A stretch of 64,000 nucleotides of DNA from a virus (IMGVR_UViG_2706794911_000004:32001-96000), one strand, 5' to 3'; counted from the first letter of the stretch, positions 40,654 through 49,825 are shown. Notes: generated from the letters alone by a model not told the origin. A program made the numbers and translations.

Positions 40654-42372
40654 TTATCTCCTGTTATTAGCACCTGCTATAATCGGCATACTCCAATTCT
40701 CTACTGCTTCTGGTTCATCTGTTGAACAAATCCATGCCGCCCCGCACCTAGCATCTGAGAAGTCTTTGCTACCACCTTTCTTTACTGGCGGGTGGTCTAT
40801 TTTATTTCCATTAATTAACTGAATATACTTTAATTCCTCATTAGCATTTCTACGCTTATCTTCCGGGTCATCTATCGTATGATCCAGTAGCTCTATATTA
40901 GACGTATATATTAGCCCTTTTAGATTCTGGTATATCTGTACTTGGAATGGGTTAGAGAAGTTTTTGTCTTCCGCGTCCACCCCGTACATCATCAACCTCT
41001 GCACTACATCTGCAGAGTTAAATTTATCAAATATAGCCTTTTTAACAAATACCTGTGTGCATATCTGCTCCAGTATATCTGCTACATTTAGTAAGTCTAC
41101 TGGTAACCTGTCTTTTTTGGATGGCTTCCATTCTATGAGTAAATCCTCTACAGGTTTGTTTACCCATTTACTTACTGTCTCCCCCTCCTCAGTTACTTCT
41201 ATGAGGGTGGGCTCCCCATGCATTAAACAAATCGCATAACTGTCTGTATTTACCCCACCGTCCCCGCCAATGTAGTAAGTGTAAGCAGGGTCAAGTACAA
41301 GATTATGCAACTGTAATCCAGTAAAATGCTTCTGTACCCCATTATGGAGGGTGCGGGTGGTGATAACCTCTTCTATTATTAAACCAGAACATTGTGCTTT
41401 CTTACCCAGTTGTATTGCATCATCTATACGCTCTGGGAACTTAAATAATCCCTCTGCATATTTAGGTGCTATACACTCGTACTTAAGGGCAGAGCCTTCA
41501 GGGTCCCTTTCGTAGTCTTTCTGTAAGCTTTCCCTGCTAATAGTTGGATTAACCTCCCAAGAGGCACCTGTTATACCGTATACTTGCGGATCTGTAAATG
41601 ACTCATTAAACTTCATGTTCATCATGTCCCCCTCATGGCGGGGGTAACTAATGAAAATTAGTAAAATATTATTATTATACCTCGATAGCGCAGACGACCT
41701 TAATATTGAATATGAGTCCTCCGCTTTCTCTGGTTCAAATCCTGCAATCTCGTCAAATATTACAACCAATGGGTTGAAACCCTCAAAAGAGTCTGCCTCG
41801 GAGTGGGCGGAGTGGGCGGTTATGTTCTTATAAAATCTTACTTGATTTTTAGTTGTCTGGAACTCGTTAGGTAATGCACCTGGTGTTTCAGCGGGATTGT
41901 ATAGTACCTTCTTAAACCATCCACAGTTAGTGAGGCGGGCCTTGAACTTCTTAAAAAATACACTGTTAGCTTGGTACGCATTAATTGCTACGTTAATAAC
42001 GTCGATTGGTTCATCTTGGCCGAAGTTGAAATAACCTTGAGGGTCATTCATGCAACACAGAATATAACACATATATGCCAAAATTCCACTGGCAAGAAAG
42101 TCCTTACCACTACCTTTTCCCAGCATGCATGCGATTTCTGTTATTTGTTGTAATGTTTCATCACAAGCTGTTTTATCGCCTGTAAGTTTATACTGGATCA
42201 CATCGTTTACCACTTCAAGTAACTCTGTTTGCTTTCCAGGGTAGGGGGATTCACCTAAATAATCTTTGCTTTTAAAGAAAGTAACTAGATCAACTGGGTC
42301 CTCTCGCCATGCACCAGTTTTTACTATATTATTCTCAGCTAGATTAATAAAATCTTGTAATAAGTTCTTCAT
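40654..42372 (-). CDS. terL: Terminase large subunit
   Basis: Walker A GKGSGKD, Walker B VIFDE, RNase H-like nuclease with IDHP...SKDFSDA. Confidence 0.92.
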   Translation of the reverse strand: MKNLLQDFINLAENNIVKTGAWREDPVDLVTFFKSKDYLGESPYPGKQTELLEVVNDVIQYKLTGDKTACDETLQQITEIACMLGKGSGKDFLASGILAYMCYILCCMNDPQGYFNFGQDEPIDVINVAINAYQANSVFFKKFKARLTNCGWFKKVLYNPAETPGALPNEFQTTKNQVRFYKNITAHSAHSEADSFEGFNPLVVIFDEIAGFEPEKAEDSYSILRSSALSRYNNNILLIFISYPRHEGDMMNMKFNESFTDPQVYGITGASWEVNPTISRESLQKDYERDPEGSALKYECIAPKYAEGLFKFPERIDDAIQLGKKAQCSGLIIEEVITTRTLHNGVQKHFTGLQLHNLVLDPAYTYYIGGDGGVNTDSYAICLMHGEPTLIEVTEEGETVSKWVNKPVEDLLIEWKPSKKDRLPVDLLNVADILEQICTQVFVKKAIFDKFNSADVVQRLMMYGVDAEDKNFSNPFQVQIYQNLKGLIYTSNIELLDHTIDDPEDKRRNANEELKYIQLINGNKIDHPPVKKGGSKDFSDARCGAAWICSTDEPEAVENWSMPIIAGANNRR

Positions 42373-42929
42373 CTGCCACCACCACCGAACATATCACCAA
42401 ACCACTTAGTACCTTTTTTATTTTTTAATTTATCTATTATAATAGGTATTGCTTCGGGTGAAACCTCTTTTACTGTTTCCATGATAATTTCCATAAACTG
42501 TTTTATGTTGTCATAGTCACTAATTTCTCTCTGTATCTCTATCATTAGCTTTAGTGTTTCCCGCATCTCACCTGAAATAGCCTTAAAGTGATGTGGATTC
42601 ATTACCCTACCTTTGTCTGCTGCTGCTTCTTCCATAGTGTCAAGTATATTTCTTGCTTTACTATACAAGTCAGAAGTCTCACGCACTATATCTATATTGT
42701 TATTTACAACTTCTACTAGTCTTTTTTCGTTACTTTTTACTACTTCCTTGCTTATTCCCGCCACCTTTTCAATAAACCTACTAACAGTGGCTGCACTTAA
42801 TTCCTCACCATCAGGCAGCTTACCAGAAGATGTTATCTCATCTACAATTTGTCTGTATGTTAACCCACTGTAGTATAGAGAAGCTATTTCTTCTTCTAGT
42901 TTGTACTTCTCTATTTTAGATTGTGCCAT
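42369..42929 (-). CDS. terS: Terminase small subunit
   Basis: N-terminal HTH, helical, overlaps the terL start. Confidence 0.65.
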   Translation of the reverse strand: MAQSKIEKYKLEEEIASLYYSGLTYRQIVDEITSSGKLPDGEELSAATVSRFIEKVAGISKEVVKSNEKRLVEVVNNNIDIVRETSDLYSKARNILDTMEEAAADKGRVMNPHHFKAISGEMRETLKLMIEIQREISDYDNIKQFMEIIMETVKEVSPEAIPIIIDKLKNKKGTKWFGDMFGGGGR

Positions 42930-42986
42930 TTTAACCCCTCCCCAAAAATTTTTCTACATATATAGGTTAGTCCAGATAAAAATTTA

Positions 42987-43016
42987 CTTAACTTTCAGCG
43001 GCGGGCGCGGTATATA
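42987..43016 (+). promoter_or_regulatory. Phage-specific promoter CTTAACT-N15-GGTATATA
   Basis: Perfect consensus at the strand-switch point. Confidence 0.75.
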
Positions 43017-43175
43017 ATAATGTACCAAAATTATAATCCTCCGTTATATTTTGTGTTTCGCCTTCCCCTCTCCAATGCAGGTTGGGGGAGGTGCTACATA
43101 ACCGGTAGAGATATAGATGCTCTGTCGCTAGTGGCTAAAAGTTAAGCCTTAAATTTTAATTCGAGGAGGAGTAAA

Positions 43176-43940
43176 ATGAAAAATTTGCAAGTAATTCGAG
43201 GTGTAAGAGGTTATTTAGACGGAGATGGCGTTGCAATGCTAAATTTGGAAGACTGTGCTAGAGGATTAGGCTTCACAGAAACTAAAGGTGACTACATTAG
43301 ATGGTAGAGACTAGAGGGATACCTAGCGGAATTTGATTTCTCCACTTGTGGAGAAAGGCCAGAGTACATCCCAGAAAACATTTTTTACAGGTTATGTATG
43401 AAAGCGAAAAATGCAGTAGCAGAAGCTTTTCAAGCTAAGGTGGCTGATGAGATTCTACCAGCCGTTAGAAAGCATGGCGCGTACATGACAACAGAGGTGA
43501 TTGAAAAGACATTGTCCGATCCTGATTTCATCATTGGTTTAGCTACTGCATTAAAGGAAGAAAAACAAAAGCGTATGGCGGCGGAGGCAGAGATTCAAGT
43601 TATGCAGCCTAAAGCACTATTCGCTGATTCAGTATCAGCATCTAGTACCACTATCTTAGTAGCAGATCTGGCAAAGTTATTAAAACAAAATGGTATCGAC
43701 ACTGGGGAGAAAAGATTATACGCATGGCTTCGTGAAAATGGTTATCTGATAAAAAGAAAGTGTGCCGATTATAACATGCCCGCTCAAAGGTCTATGGACT
43801 TAGGACTATTTGAGATTAACGAATCTACCATCAATAGACCAGACAAAGAACCAATTATTAGAAAAACCACTCGTGTAACAGGTAAAGGGCAGCAGTACTT
43901 CATAGATAAATTTATAAAGCATTTAGCTAGTGAATTTTAG
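43176..43940 (+). pseudogene. Bro-N-like/KilA-C (ANT) antirepressor with in-frame amber at codon 44
   Basis: RBS GAGGAGG + ATG 43176; LNLEDCARGLGF...IRW-TAG(43305-43307)-RLEGYL...IPENIFYRL in frame with the 43398 ORF; C-terminal TTRVTGKGQQYF. Confidence 0.8.
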
Positions 43941-43989
43941 CAGGGAGCCTCTAAACAGCTCTCTTGTGTTTAGAAGAAGGGGCGGCAAT

Positions 43990-44256
43990 ATGGAAGTGCA
44001 AATAGAAAAGATAGTAGCGGAACTACTAATAAAACAATTAAAAACAGAAAAAATACGTGTACTTATAATAGGAAGAAACTGAAAAGGTTTTAAACTAGGA
44101 CTTGCTCCGGGGGAGCAGAGGCAGAATGATGTTTTAATTCAATTACATGGTATAGATTTTTTAATTGAACAGCCTTTATACGATAGGTTAAATAGTATTA
44201 GAGTGTATTTAGCAGGACCAAACTTTCATGCTATATATGTAGAAAAGCCCAAATGA
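43990..44256 (+). CDS. HesB/IscA-like selenoprotein (UGA=Sec at codon 31)
   Basis: MEVQIEKIVAELLIKQLKTEKIRVLIIGRN-U-KGFKLGLAPGEQRQNDVLIQLHGIDFLIE...; TGA at 44080-44082; hairpin TGCTCC-GGG-GGAGCA at 44103-44117. Confidence 0.7.
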
Positions 44257-44275
44257 TACGTCTTTTTGGGCTTTT
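44243..44275 (+). terminator. Intrinsic terminator
   Basis: aaaagcccaaa...tttgggctttt. Confidence 0.65.
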
Positions 44276-44431
44276 GTTCCATCTCTAAACCTCGCATTGT
44301 TTCGTTAAAAATATTGATTTTTAAAAAAGTTATTCACATTTTTATAAAATTTAGTTTCACAATTGCCTGAAAACCATTATATTTTGCAGGACTAAAGTCC
44401 TGCTGTTTGTCGAAACTTGCGGTAGAAAGTT

Positions 44432-44458
44432 GCAGGACTTTGGTTTGTTTTGGAGAAT
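44432..44458 (+). promoter_or_regulatory. SigH-like promoter (GCAGGA...GAAT)
   Basis: gcagga-ctttggtttgttttgga-gaat resembles Firmicute sigma-H AGGA/GAAT; palindrome gcaggactaaagtcctgc upstream. Confidence 0.45.
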
Positions 44459-44465
44459 CGAGTAG

Positions 44466-45059
44466 GTGGGAGGTGATATTGTGGACTATGAGGTTGTTAA
44501 ACCAAATCTAATTACGCAATGCAAGAAGGAGAAAGAGTTCAATAAGAGGATGCAGAAGACCTTAGGGAAGAGAATGAAAAGAATGTCTAGTCTTACCTTA
44601 TCTTATTCACAATGTTTGCCAATAACCGAGTTATCTGGAAATTTGCGTTTACTTATACATCAACATGAAAAAGGATTCTCATTTAAAATTGTTAGTACCT
44701 CAGAAAAGATAGGTTATGTATTTGCTTTACTAGAAGAAGAAATAGTGAACGTCTATTTTGTAGATGGCGAAGAAATTTTTGAGGAAAGGTCTGTGATTGG
44801 TCGAGGTATTATCGGAACTTTAGTAGCGGGTCCCTTAGGTGCTATTATTGGTGGTCTTAGTGGCCTAAGTCAAGCAAAGGCACAAGATAAATATATGATT
44901 ATAAAAACCAATGAATATAACATTATTTTTAAATTTATATTATTTGAGAAGCTTCAAATTGGGATACTTCAAAAAGATTTTAAAAAAGCTTTGAAAGAAA
45001 AAATAATAACAAAAGATTCTAAAAGACAACAAGAACTGAAATTTTTGGATAAACTATAA
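44466..45059 (+). CDS. Low-GC moron membrane protein with glycine-zipper motif
   Basis: GRGIIGTLVAGPLGAIIGGLSG; own promoter; very AT-rich codons. Confidence 0.6.
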   Translation: MGGDIVDYEVVKPNLITQCKKEKEFNKRMQKTLGKRMKRMSSLTLSYSQCLPITELSGNLRLLIHQHEKGFSFKIVSTSEKIGYVFALLEEEIVNVYFVDGEEIFEERSVIGRGIIGTLVAGPLGAIIGGLSGLSQAKAQDKYMIIKTNEYNIIFKFILFEKLQIGILQKDFKKALKEKIITKDSKRQQELKFLDKL

Positions 45060-45173
45060 AAATCATATCTAAAAATGCTTTCATATAGAATTAACAACCA
45101 ACCATCCTTCTAATTCTGCAAAAGGTTTTATAAAGATAAACGGATGAAGTTCTCATTCCCTTCATCCATTTAC

Positions 45174-45332
45174 TTATTTTAGATTGATGTTGGAAAATAA
45201 TGCTTCACAACCATAATCCTCTAAAAATTCCTCAAAACTAATAGGGGCATCATCTACTCCCTGTGTCTCGCACCAGTCTTCGTGTATTATTAGATATATT
45301 TCGTACTTATACCTTAGTTCATCTCTGGTCAT
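45174..45332 (-). CDS. Small acidic protein MTRDELRYKYEIY...
   Basis: Hand translation; shares RBS and first codons with the upstream ORF. Confidence 0.5.
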   Translation of the reverse strand: MTRDELRYKYEIYLIIHEDWCETQGVDDAPISFEEFLEDYGCEALFSNINLK

Positions 45333-45535
45333 TTACCCTTCCTCACCCCTGCCATTATCCTGAATTTGTACACACATGCTTCTGACAATAGGTTCCTGTC
45401 TCTGTTTCTGATTCTGATATGTGGGCACACACACTTTCCATTGGAGCCATTATACATCTTAAGCCATTTACAGTTATAACACTTCTTTTTTAAATCCGCT
45501 TGAGAATATTTATACCTTAATTCATCTCTATTCAT
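45329..45535 (-). CDS. Small Cys-rich protein
   Basis: CxxC...CxC...C, 68 aa. Confidence 0.55.
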   Translation of the reverse strand: MNRDELRYKYSQADLKKKCYNCKWLKMYNGSNGKCVCPHIRIRNRDRNLLSEACVYKFRIMAGVRKGK

Positions 45536-45707
45536 TTACCCTTCCTCCTTATCCTCTTTTGTTTCCTGTTGGCAGCATATGTTAAAAACTCATCTTCTGA
45601 TAGCTTTTCTTTCGCCGCCCGCCTTGCTTTTAAACCCTTATAAATCAGGCTTACAGCTTCTTCTTTGCCTAGAACTTTCACTAAAACACCACTTCCTTTC
45701 TTACTTT

Positions 45708-45768
45708 TATATACCGGAAAAATAATAAATAGTTAAGGGTTAACTTTTGCGGGCGAGCACGGTAAGTA
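45708..45768. promoter_or_regulatory. Back-to-back divergent phage promoters
   Basis: Minus: CTTAACT-N15-GGTATATA (45708-45737); plus: GTTAACT-N15-GGTAAGTA (45739-45768). Confidence 0.7.
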
Positions 45769-45783
45769 ATAATAGGAAAGGAA

Positions 45784-46041
45784 GTGATGTTATTGGTTTT
45801 TCTTGCCATATTTTACTTATCATCTGTGGTTGTTTTTTATTCTTTCATTTTTGCCTTGCACCTAAAATGTATTGCTGATGGAGGGTTTTATGGTCACTTA
45901 TCAACCAGACTTGATAAACCTGAATCTGATAGTTCCTTGTCAGGAACTATGGTGCTAGGATTACTGCCTGTGCTTAACTTGATCGCAGTACTAATGCTGT
46001 TCTTAGTGGTATTCAAAGGTTTAGACTTAGGGGAATTATAG
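45784..46041 (+). CDS. Small two-TM membrane protein
   Basis: Two hydrophobic segments, LLPVLNL motif. Confidence 0.55.
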   Translation: MMLLVFLAIFYLSSVVVFYSFIFALHLKCIADGGFYGHLSTRLDKPESDSSLSGTMVLGLLPVLNLIAVLMLFLVVFKGLDLGEL

Positions 46042-46062
46042 AGGGGGGAGGATGGAGTTTCA

Positions 46063-46374
46063 ATGAAAATTTACATTGCAGGTAAGATAACAAAGTGCCT
46101 TAACTTCAAGGCTAAGTTCGGGGCCGCAGAAGAGAAACTATGTGCGGAGGGGCACATAGTAATGAATCCTGCGGTGCTACCCGGTCGGTTTGACTTCGAT
46201 GACTACATGCATATTTGCTATGCCATGATAGACGTGTGCGATGCAGTATACTTTCTAGACAACTGGCAGGATAGCAGAGGTGCTAAACTAGAAATGGAGT
46301 ATAGTATTGCATCTGGCAAAATGGTATTATTTGAAGCTATGCAGGCTGAAAACCTTGGGAATATGATGATTTAG
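46063..46374 (+). CDS. DUF4406 / nucleoside deoxyribosyltransferase-like protein
   Basis: KIYIAGKIT, MNPA, YMHIC, CDAVYFLDNWQDSRGAKLE. Confidence 0.85.
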   Translation: MKIYIAGKITKCLNFKAKFGAAEEKLCAEGHIVMNPAVLPGRFDFDDYMHICYAMIDVCDAVYFLDNWQDSRGAKLEMEYSIASGKMVLFEAMQAENLGNMMI

Positions 46375-46450
46375 TAGAATGTATAGAAGTGCGCCAAGTG
46401 GAAAAGGCAATTAAGATATAGGAACCAGTAAAATAAGAGGAGGAAATTAT

Positions 46451-46753
46451 ATGAGTGAAAAGGTAAATCGAATGGACATTAAAGAATTTAGAGAAATGGG
46501 TCTATTAGCAGAGCTTAATAGGGCTTTCTTACATCCTTTGGGATTGGCCTTGGAGGTGTGCATAGAAGATGATGGCACTGAAAAACTTGGCGGCATACAG
46601 GATTATCGGGATGACCCAGAAGGAATGCTTTATTCAAAAGAGTATTTCCCTGCTGATAAAATCAAAAAAGCACAGGACTTTATCGCAGGAAAACATAAAC
46701 AACGATGGGAAGCTTTAGGGTTTATTTACCAAGATGTGGATAATCCAGAATAG
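46451..46753 (+). CDS. Conserved phage hypothetical protein
   Basis: EFREMGLLAELNRAFLHPLGLALEV...DYRDDPEG. Confidence 0.65.
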   Translation: MSEKVNRMDIKEFREMGLLAELNRAFLHPLGLALEVCIEDDGTEKLGGIQDYRDDPEGMLYSKEYFPADKIKKAQDFIAGKHKQRWEALGFIYQDVDNPE

Positions 46754-46764
46754 GTGGTGGTGCA

Positions 46765-47022
46765 ATGCTTTTTCAAGAATTAGATGCATGGGCATATGAT
46801 ATTGAGCTAGAGTATAATTACCGTAATGGTATTAGCAGTAAGAAAAAGAGACAGCATGTGAAGCTATGTGCTCTAAGAGATGCCTTATACGCTAAGTATA
46901 AAGAGGAATTTGAGAAGTCACACAACCCAAGATCTTTTAGTATACCTGCGCCAAAGTGCTGTGGCTTAAGATCCGGTATAATTCCGCCACCACCACCTAA
47001 TAAAAGTGTTAAAATTCAGTAA
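46765..47022 (+). CDS. Hypothetical protein
   Basis: ORF with RBS, Pro-rich C-terminus. Confidence 0.5.
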   Translation: MLFQELDAWAYDIELEYNYRNGISSKKKRQHVKLCALRDALYAKYKEEFEKSHNPRSFSIPAPKCCGLRSGIIPPPPPNKSVKIQ

Positions 47023-47335
47023 AAAGGGAGATGATAGAAGTTAGTGTTTACTAGCTTCTATTACTTTATGGAGGTGGTTGTGTGTCTAGAGGAATACATG
47101 TGAACAAAACGTGGGGAAACTACGCTGTTGGATTCGAGAGAGTTACAGTAATGAAGTGGTTACGTTGTCCCCGCCCACTGGTGCTATCCAATAGTGTGTT
47201 CATATCTTTAGAAAGTGCACTATACTAATAATAACCTCCTTATTATATAAATAGCTCTTTTAAAGAGCAACCCTCACCTTTTATTTGGCGGGGGTTTTTT
47301 CTATCAGTACAAGTTTATTTAAATTGTGGGCGGGA

Positions 47336-47644
47336 TCAATCAAAGTCACCATAAGATAAGTCTTCATCAACAAATGAATCTAAGATGTTGCACATATTAC
47401 CAATAAAAATTTCGGTGTATTCCCTAACAAAATCATCTAGTGTACAAATAATATCCCCACCCCATTCAATGCCACATTCATCTGTTGCTAAAGTGTGTTC
47501 ACCCATCTCTTTGTGTTTTAGGAGCTTTGTATCATCTACCATCTCACTGATTACCTCATCTAAATCCCAACCTTCTTGAAGCTCTAAAAACTGTTTTACT
47601 GCCATTAATGTTTTCTTATCTACTTTCATATTTATCCTCCTCAT
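47336..47644 (-). CDS. Highly acidic small protein
   Basis: D/E-rich; RBS GAGGAGG. Confidence 0.6.
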   Translation of the reverse strand: MRRINMKVDKKTLMAVKQFLELQEGWDLDEVISEMVDDTKLLKHKEMGEHTLATDECGIEWGGDIICTLDDFVREYTEIFIGNMCNILDSFVDEDLSYGDFD

Positions 47645-47806
47645 CTATTTGTTTGGGTATTACAGGCGAGGCGACGTAGAAACTACAATCTGTAATCCCT
47701 TTCCTGTAACACTCTTCACCAACATGTAAAGCTATATGCTTACAGTCAGAACAAGTTTTTCTTTTGTGGCATGAATTGCATAAACAAGACCACATACTGT
47801 TGCCCC

Positions 47807-48484
47807 CTAATCATTAGTAAGAATGTTGTAACAATCTGTTACAATTTCAATCTGGTGTAACACATCGTCAATTGCATCATGCGCGTTGTTGTTTTCATAT
47901 CTTGCCAGAAACTGCTCTCTTGTCTTGCCTACCTTAGTGTAAGCCAGCTCTAAAATTGTCCTCACGTCTCTATCGTTCCTGTAGTTTATAGGGTACTTAA
48001 GTCCGAGATTCTCCATCTGAGTTCTAATGAGGTTGTTATCAAACAGTGTCCCATCCCCCCACAAGTATACGGCACCTTCCTGCTCGTTCAGCCACCTACA
48101 AAAACATCTAACTAAATCATCACTTGACATACTTCCTCTATTTAAAATATCCTGTAGAAGCTCTTTATTGGTGTTTAGCCACCACTTAATAGTTGATCCG
48201 GTTGTTTTCATTGTTTCATTCATAGTAATATTTGCACATTCGTTAAATATTCTTCCTACATACCCTGTTCTAATATCAAATGTGGCGGCTGCAAGCTGGA
48301 TAATATTAGAATCAGGTTTATTACCTAGTGTCTCAATATCAACCATAATATCTGTTCTACTTGAAACTGCGGGCGGGTAGTCATCAGCTTTTATAATAAC
48401 CTCAGTGACTACCCTCCTCTCTTTACGCCATCCTTCTTCGCTCTTAATATAAACGTCTCTTTCCACATTCTCATTAATTCCCAT
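47807..48484 (-). CDS. 3'-5' exonuclease, DEDDh (Rv2179c/DUF5051-like)
   Basis: MVDIETLG, LWGDG..FD, RDVRT, HDAIDD. Confidence 0.85.
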   Translation of the reverse strand: MGINENVERDVYIKSEEGWRKERRVVTEVIIKADDYPPAVSSRTDIMVDIETLGNKPDSNIIQLAAATFDIRTGYVGRIFNECANITMNETMKTTGSTIKWWLNTNKELLQDILNRGSMSSDDLVRCFCRWLNEQEGAVYLWGDGTLFDNNLIRTQMENLGLKYPINYRNDRDVRTILELAYTKVGKTREQFLARYENNNAHDAIDDVLHQIEIVTDCYNILTND

Positions 48485-48574
48485 ATCTATCCCCTTCCCA
48501 TTCTATTTAATATTTACAAAGTAAGTGATCCATAGGCTCCACCACTCTTAGGCGTGCCTACGTGGGCGGGTGAG

Positions 48575-48880
48575 CTAAGCAACATTTAATACATATACTT
48601 CTATTGCACCTCTACCCTTTTTACAGAATGTCCAGCCACTTTCAATTTCAAAACCTTCGGGCATTCTAGGATAGTATCTAATAAAATCTTCGGATATGTC
48701 ATCTGTTGTAAATTCTGGGTTTTCGTCTAAAAATGAAAAGTCGGACTCTAGTTCATCACAATCATGCATACACCAATCTAGAAAATCTTTCTTAGATTTA
48801 AACAAGTCTTTTCTTCCAACTATGCCAGTTAAAGAACCACAACCACCCTCGTAAAATGCCATTGTAGTAAATTTACTCAT
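48575..48880 (-). CDS. Hypothetical protein
   Basis: GWTFCKKGRGAIEVY C-terminus; RBS GGAGG. Confidence 0.6.
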   Translation of the reverse strand: MSKFTTMAFYEGGCGSLTGIVGRKDLFKSKKDFLDWCMHDCDELESDFSFLDENPEFTTDDISEDFIRYYPRMPEGFEIESGWTFCKKGRGAIEVYVLNVA

Positions 48881-48922
48881 TTTCTCTCTCCTCCTTTCAT
48901 CCCAGTCACCCCCTATAAAAAT

Positions 48923-49564
48923 TTATCTGTGGGCGGGGGCCAGGCATAACTCTGTAAATCTAGGTAAAGTCTTAATCCAATCACAATAGTACTGCCACTC
49001 TTCCAGCTTATGGTTATGCCTTTGATTATACTTTGATTTAAGTTGTAAATAGTTATCAGTAATTCTTGCTGTCAACTCTAGTCCCATAGGACAGTTTGAT
49101 ATTACTCTCTGGAACTGTTCTTGCTTTTCTGCTTTTGTTGCTCCATACATCTGGTTGTACAAGTTTATTTCTTCCTTTAAGCTTTCTTTAACATCTTCCC
49201 TTACATAAGGGTTACACATTTCATTGATATCCATTCTCAATATCCTATGCATCTTGCTCATTGAGGCTATATAATCGTGAAAATGATACCGGTCAAACTG
49301 TCTCCAAAAATATTCAGGGGCGACCATGTCGTACTGTACGATAATACCCTTTAATCCACAGTCATGGCCACTATTAGGTGTGGCGTTGCCTAAGTGTTTC
49401 ATTCTTTTTAAATGTTGGTCGTATGTGGGAGGCAATTCCTCATCTTTTAATACTCGGCATATCTCATTAAATTCGTATTCTGGGTATGTCCCAGACATCA
49501 TTGGGTACCCACTGGCCAGAATTGACTCCTCCAGCCCGTAAACTTTAACATTTGATATTTTCAT
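48923..49564 (-). CDS. ThyX (FAD-dependent thymidylate synthase)-fold-like protein
   Basis: GHD..LKGI.V...FWRQFDRYHF...SMSKMH...NY.QLK..Y.QR.NHKL.EW; canonical RHR motif absent. Confidence 0.55.
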   Translation of the reverse strand: MKISNVKVYGLEESILASGYPMMSGTYPEYEFNEICRVLKDEELPPTYDQHLKRMKHLGNATPNSGHDCGLKGIIVQYDMVAPEYFWRQFDRYHFHDYIASMSKMHRILRMDINEMCNPYVREDVKESLKEEINLYNQMYGATKAEKQEQFQRVISNCPMGLELTARITDNYLQLKSKYNQRHNHKLEEWQYYCDWIKTLPRFTELCLAPAHR

Positions 49565-49593
49565 GCTACTTTCCCTCCTTTTGTCTTCTTATT

Positions 49594-49623
49594 TATATAC
49601 CGTATAAAGCGACAAGAGTTAAG
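49594..49623 (-). promoter_or_regulatory. Phage-specific promoter CTTAACT-N15-GGTATATA
   Basis: Perfect consensus upstream of the ThyX-like operon. Confidence 0.75.
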
Positions 49624-49625
49624 CT

Positions 49626-49706
49626 CACTGAAACAAGTTTGTCAAAAAATTTCCCATAGGTCTTCCTCCCCCACTGAAACACTTTTTCCAAAAAATTTCC
49701 CATTGG
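49626..49706. repeat. 35-bp direct repeat, two copies
   Basis: cactgaaaca...caaaaaatttcccat(a/t)gg at 49626 and 49672. Confidence 0.8.
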
Positions 49707-49825
49707 TATCACAACGCACCCCCGCCCGCAGGGCGGTGTACAACAATTCCAAGGCACTGGGGAGGGTAAATGCTTATTGACAATATTTCCCTTTAAATTA
49801 CTTAAATTCTTTTTAATTAAAAGCA

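Noticed and set aside
43020-43170. tRNA gene
   Set aside because: No cloverleaf or T-loop GTTCRA; no tRNA recognised anywhere in the window by eye
43305-43307. Genome-wide TAG reassignment (code 15)
   Set aside because: Many intact genes end in TAG (e.g. 38504, 43940, 46041) and large genes are not fragmented
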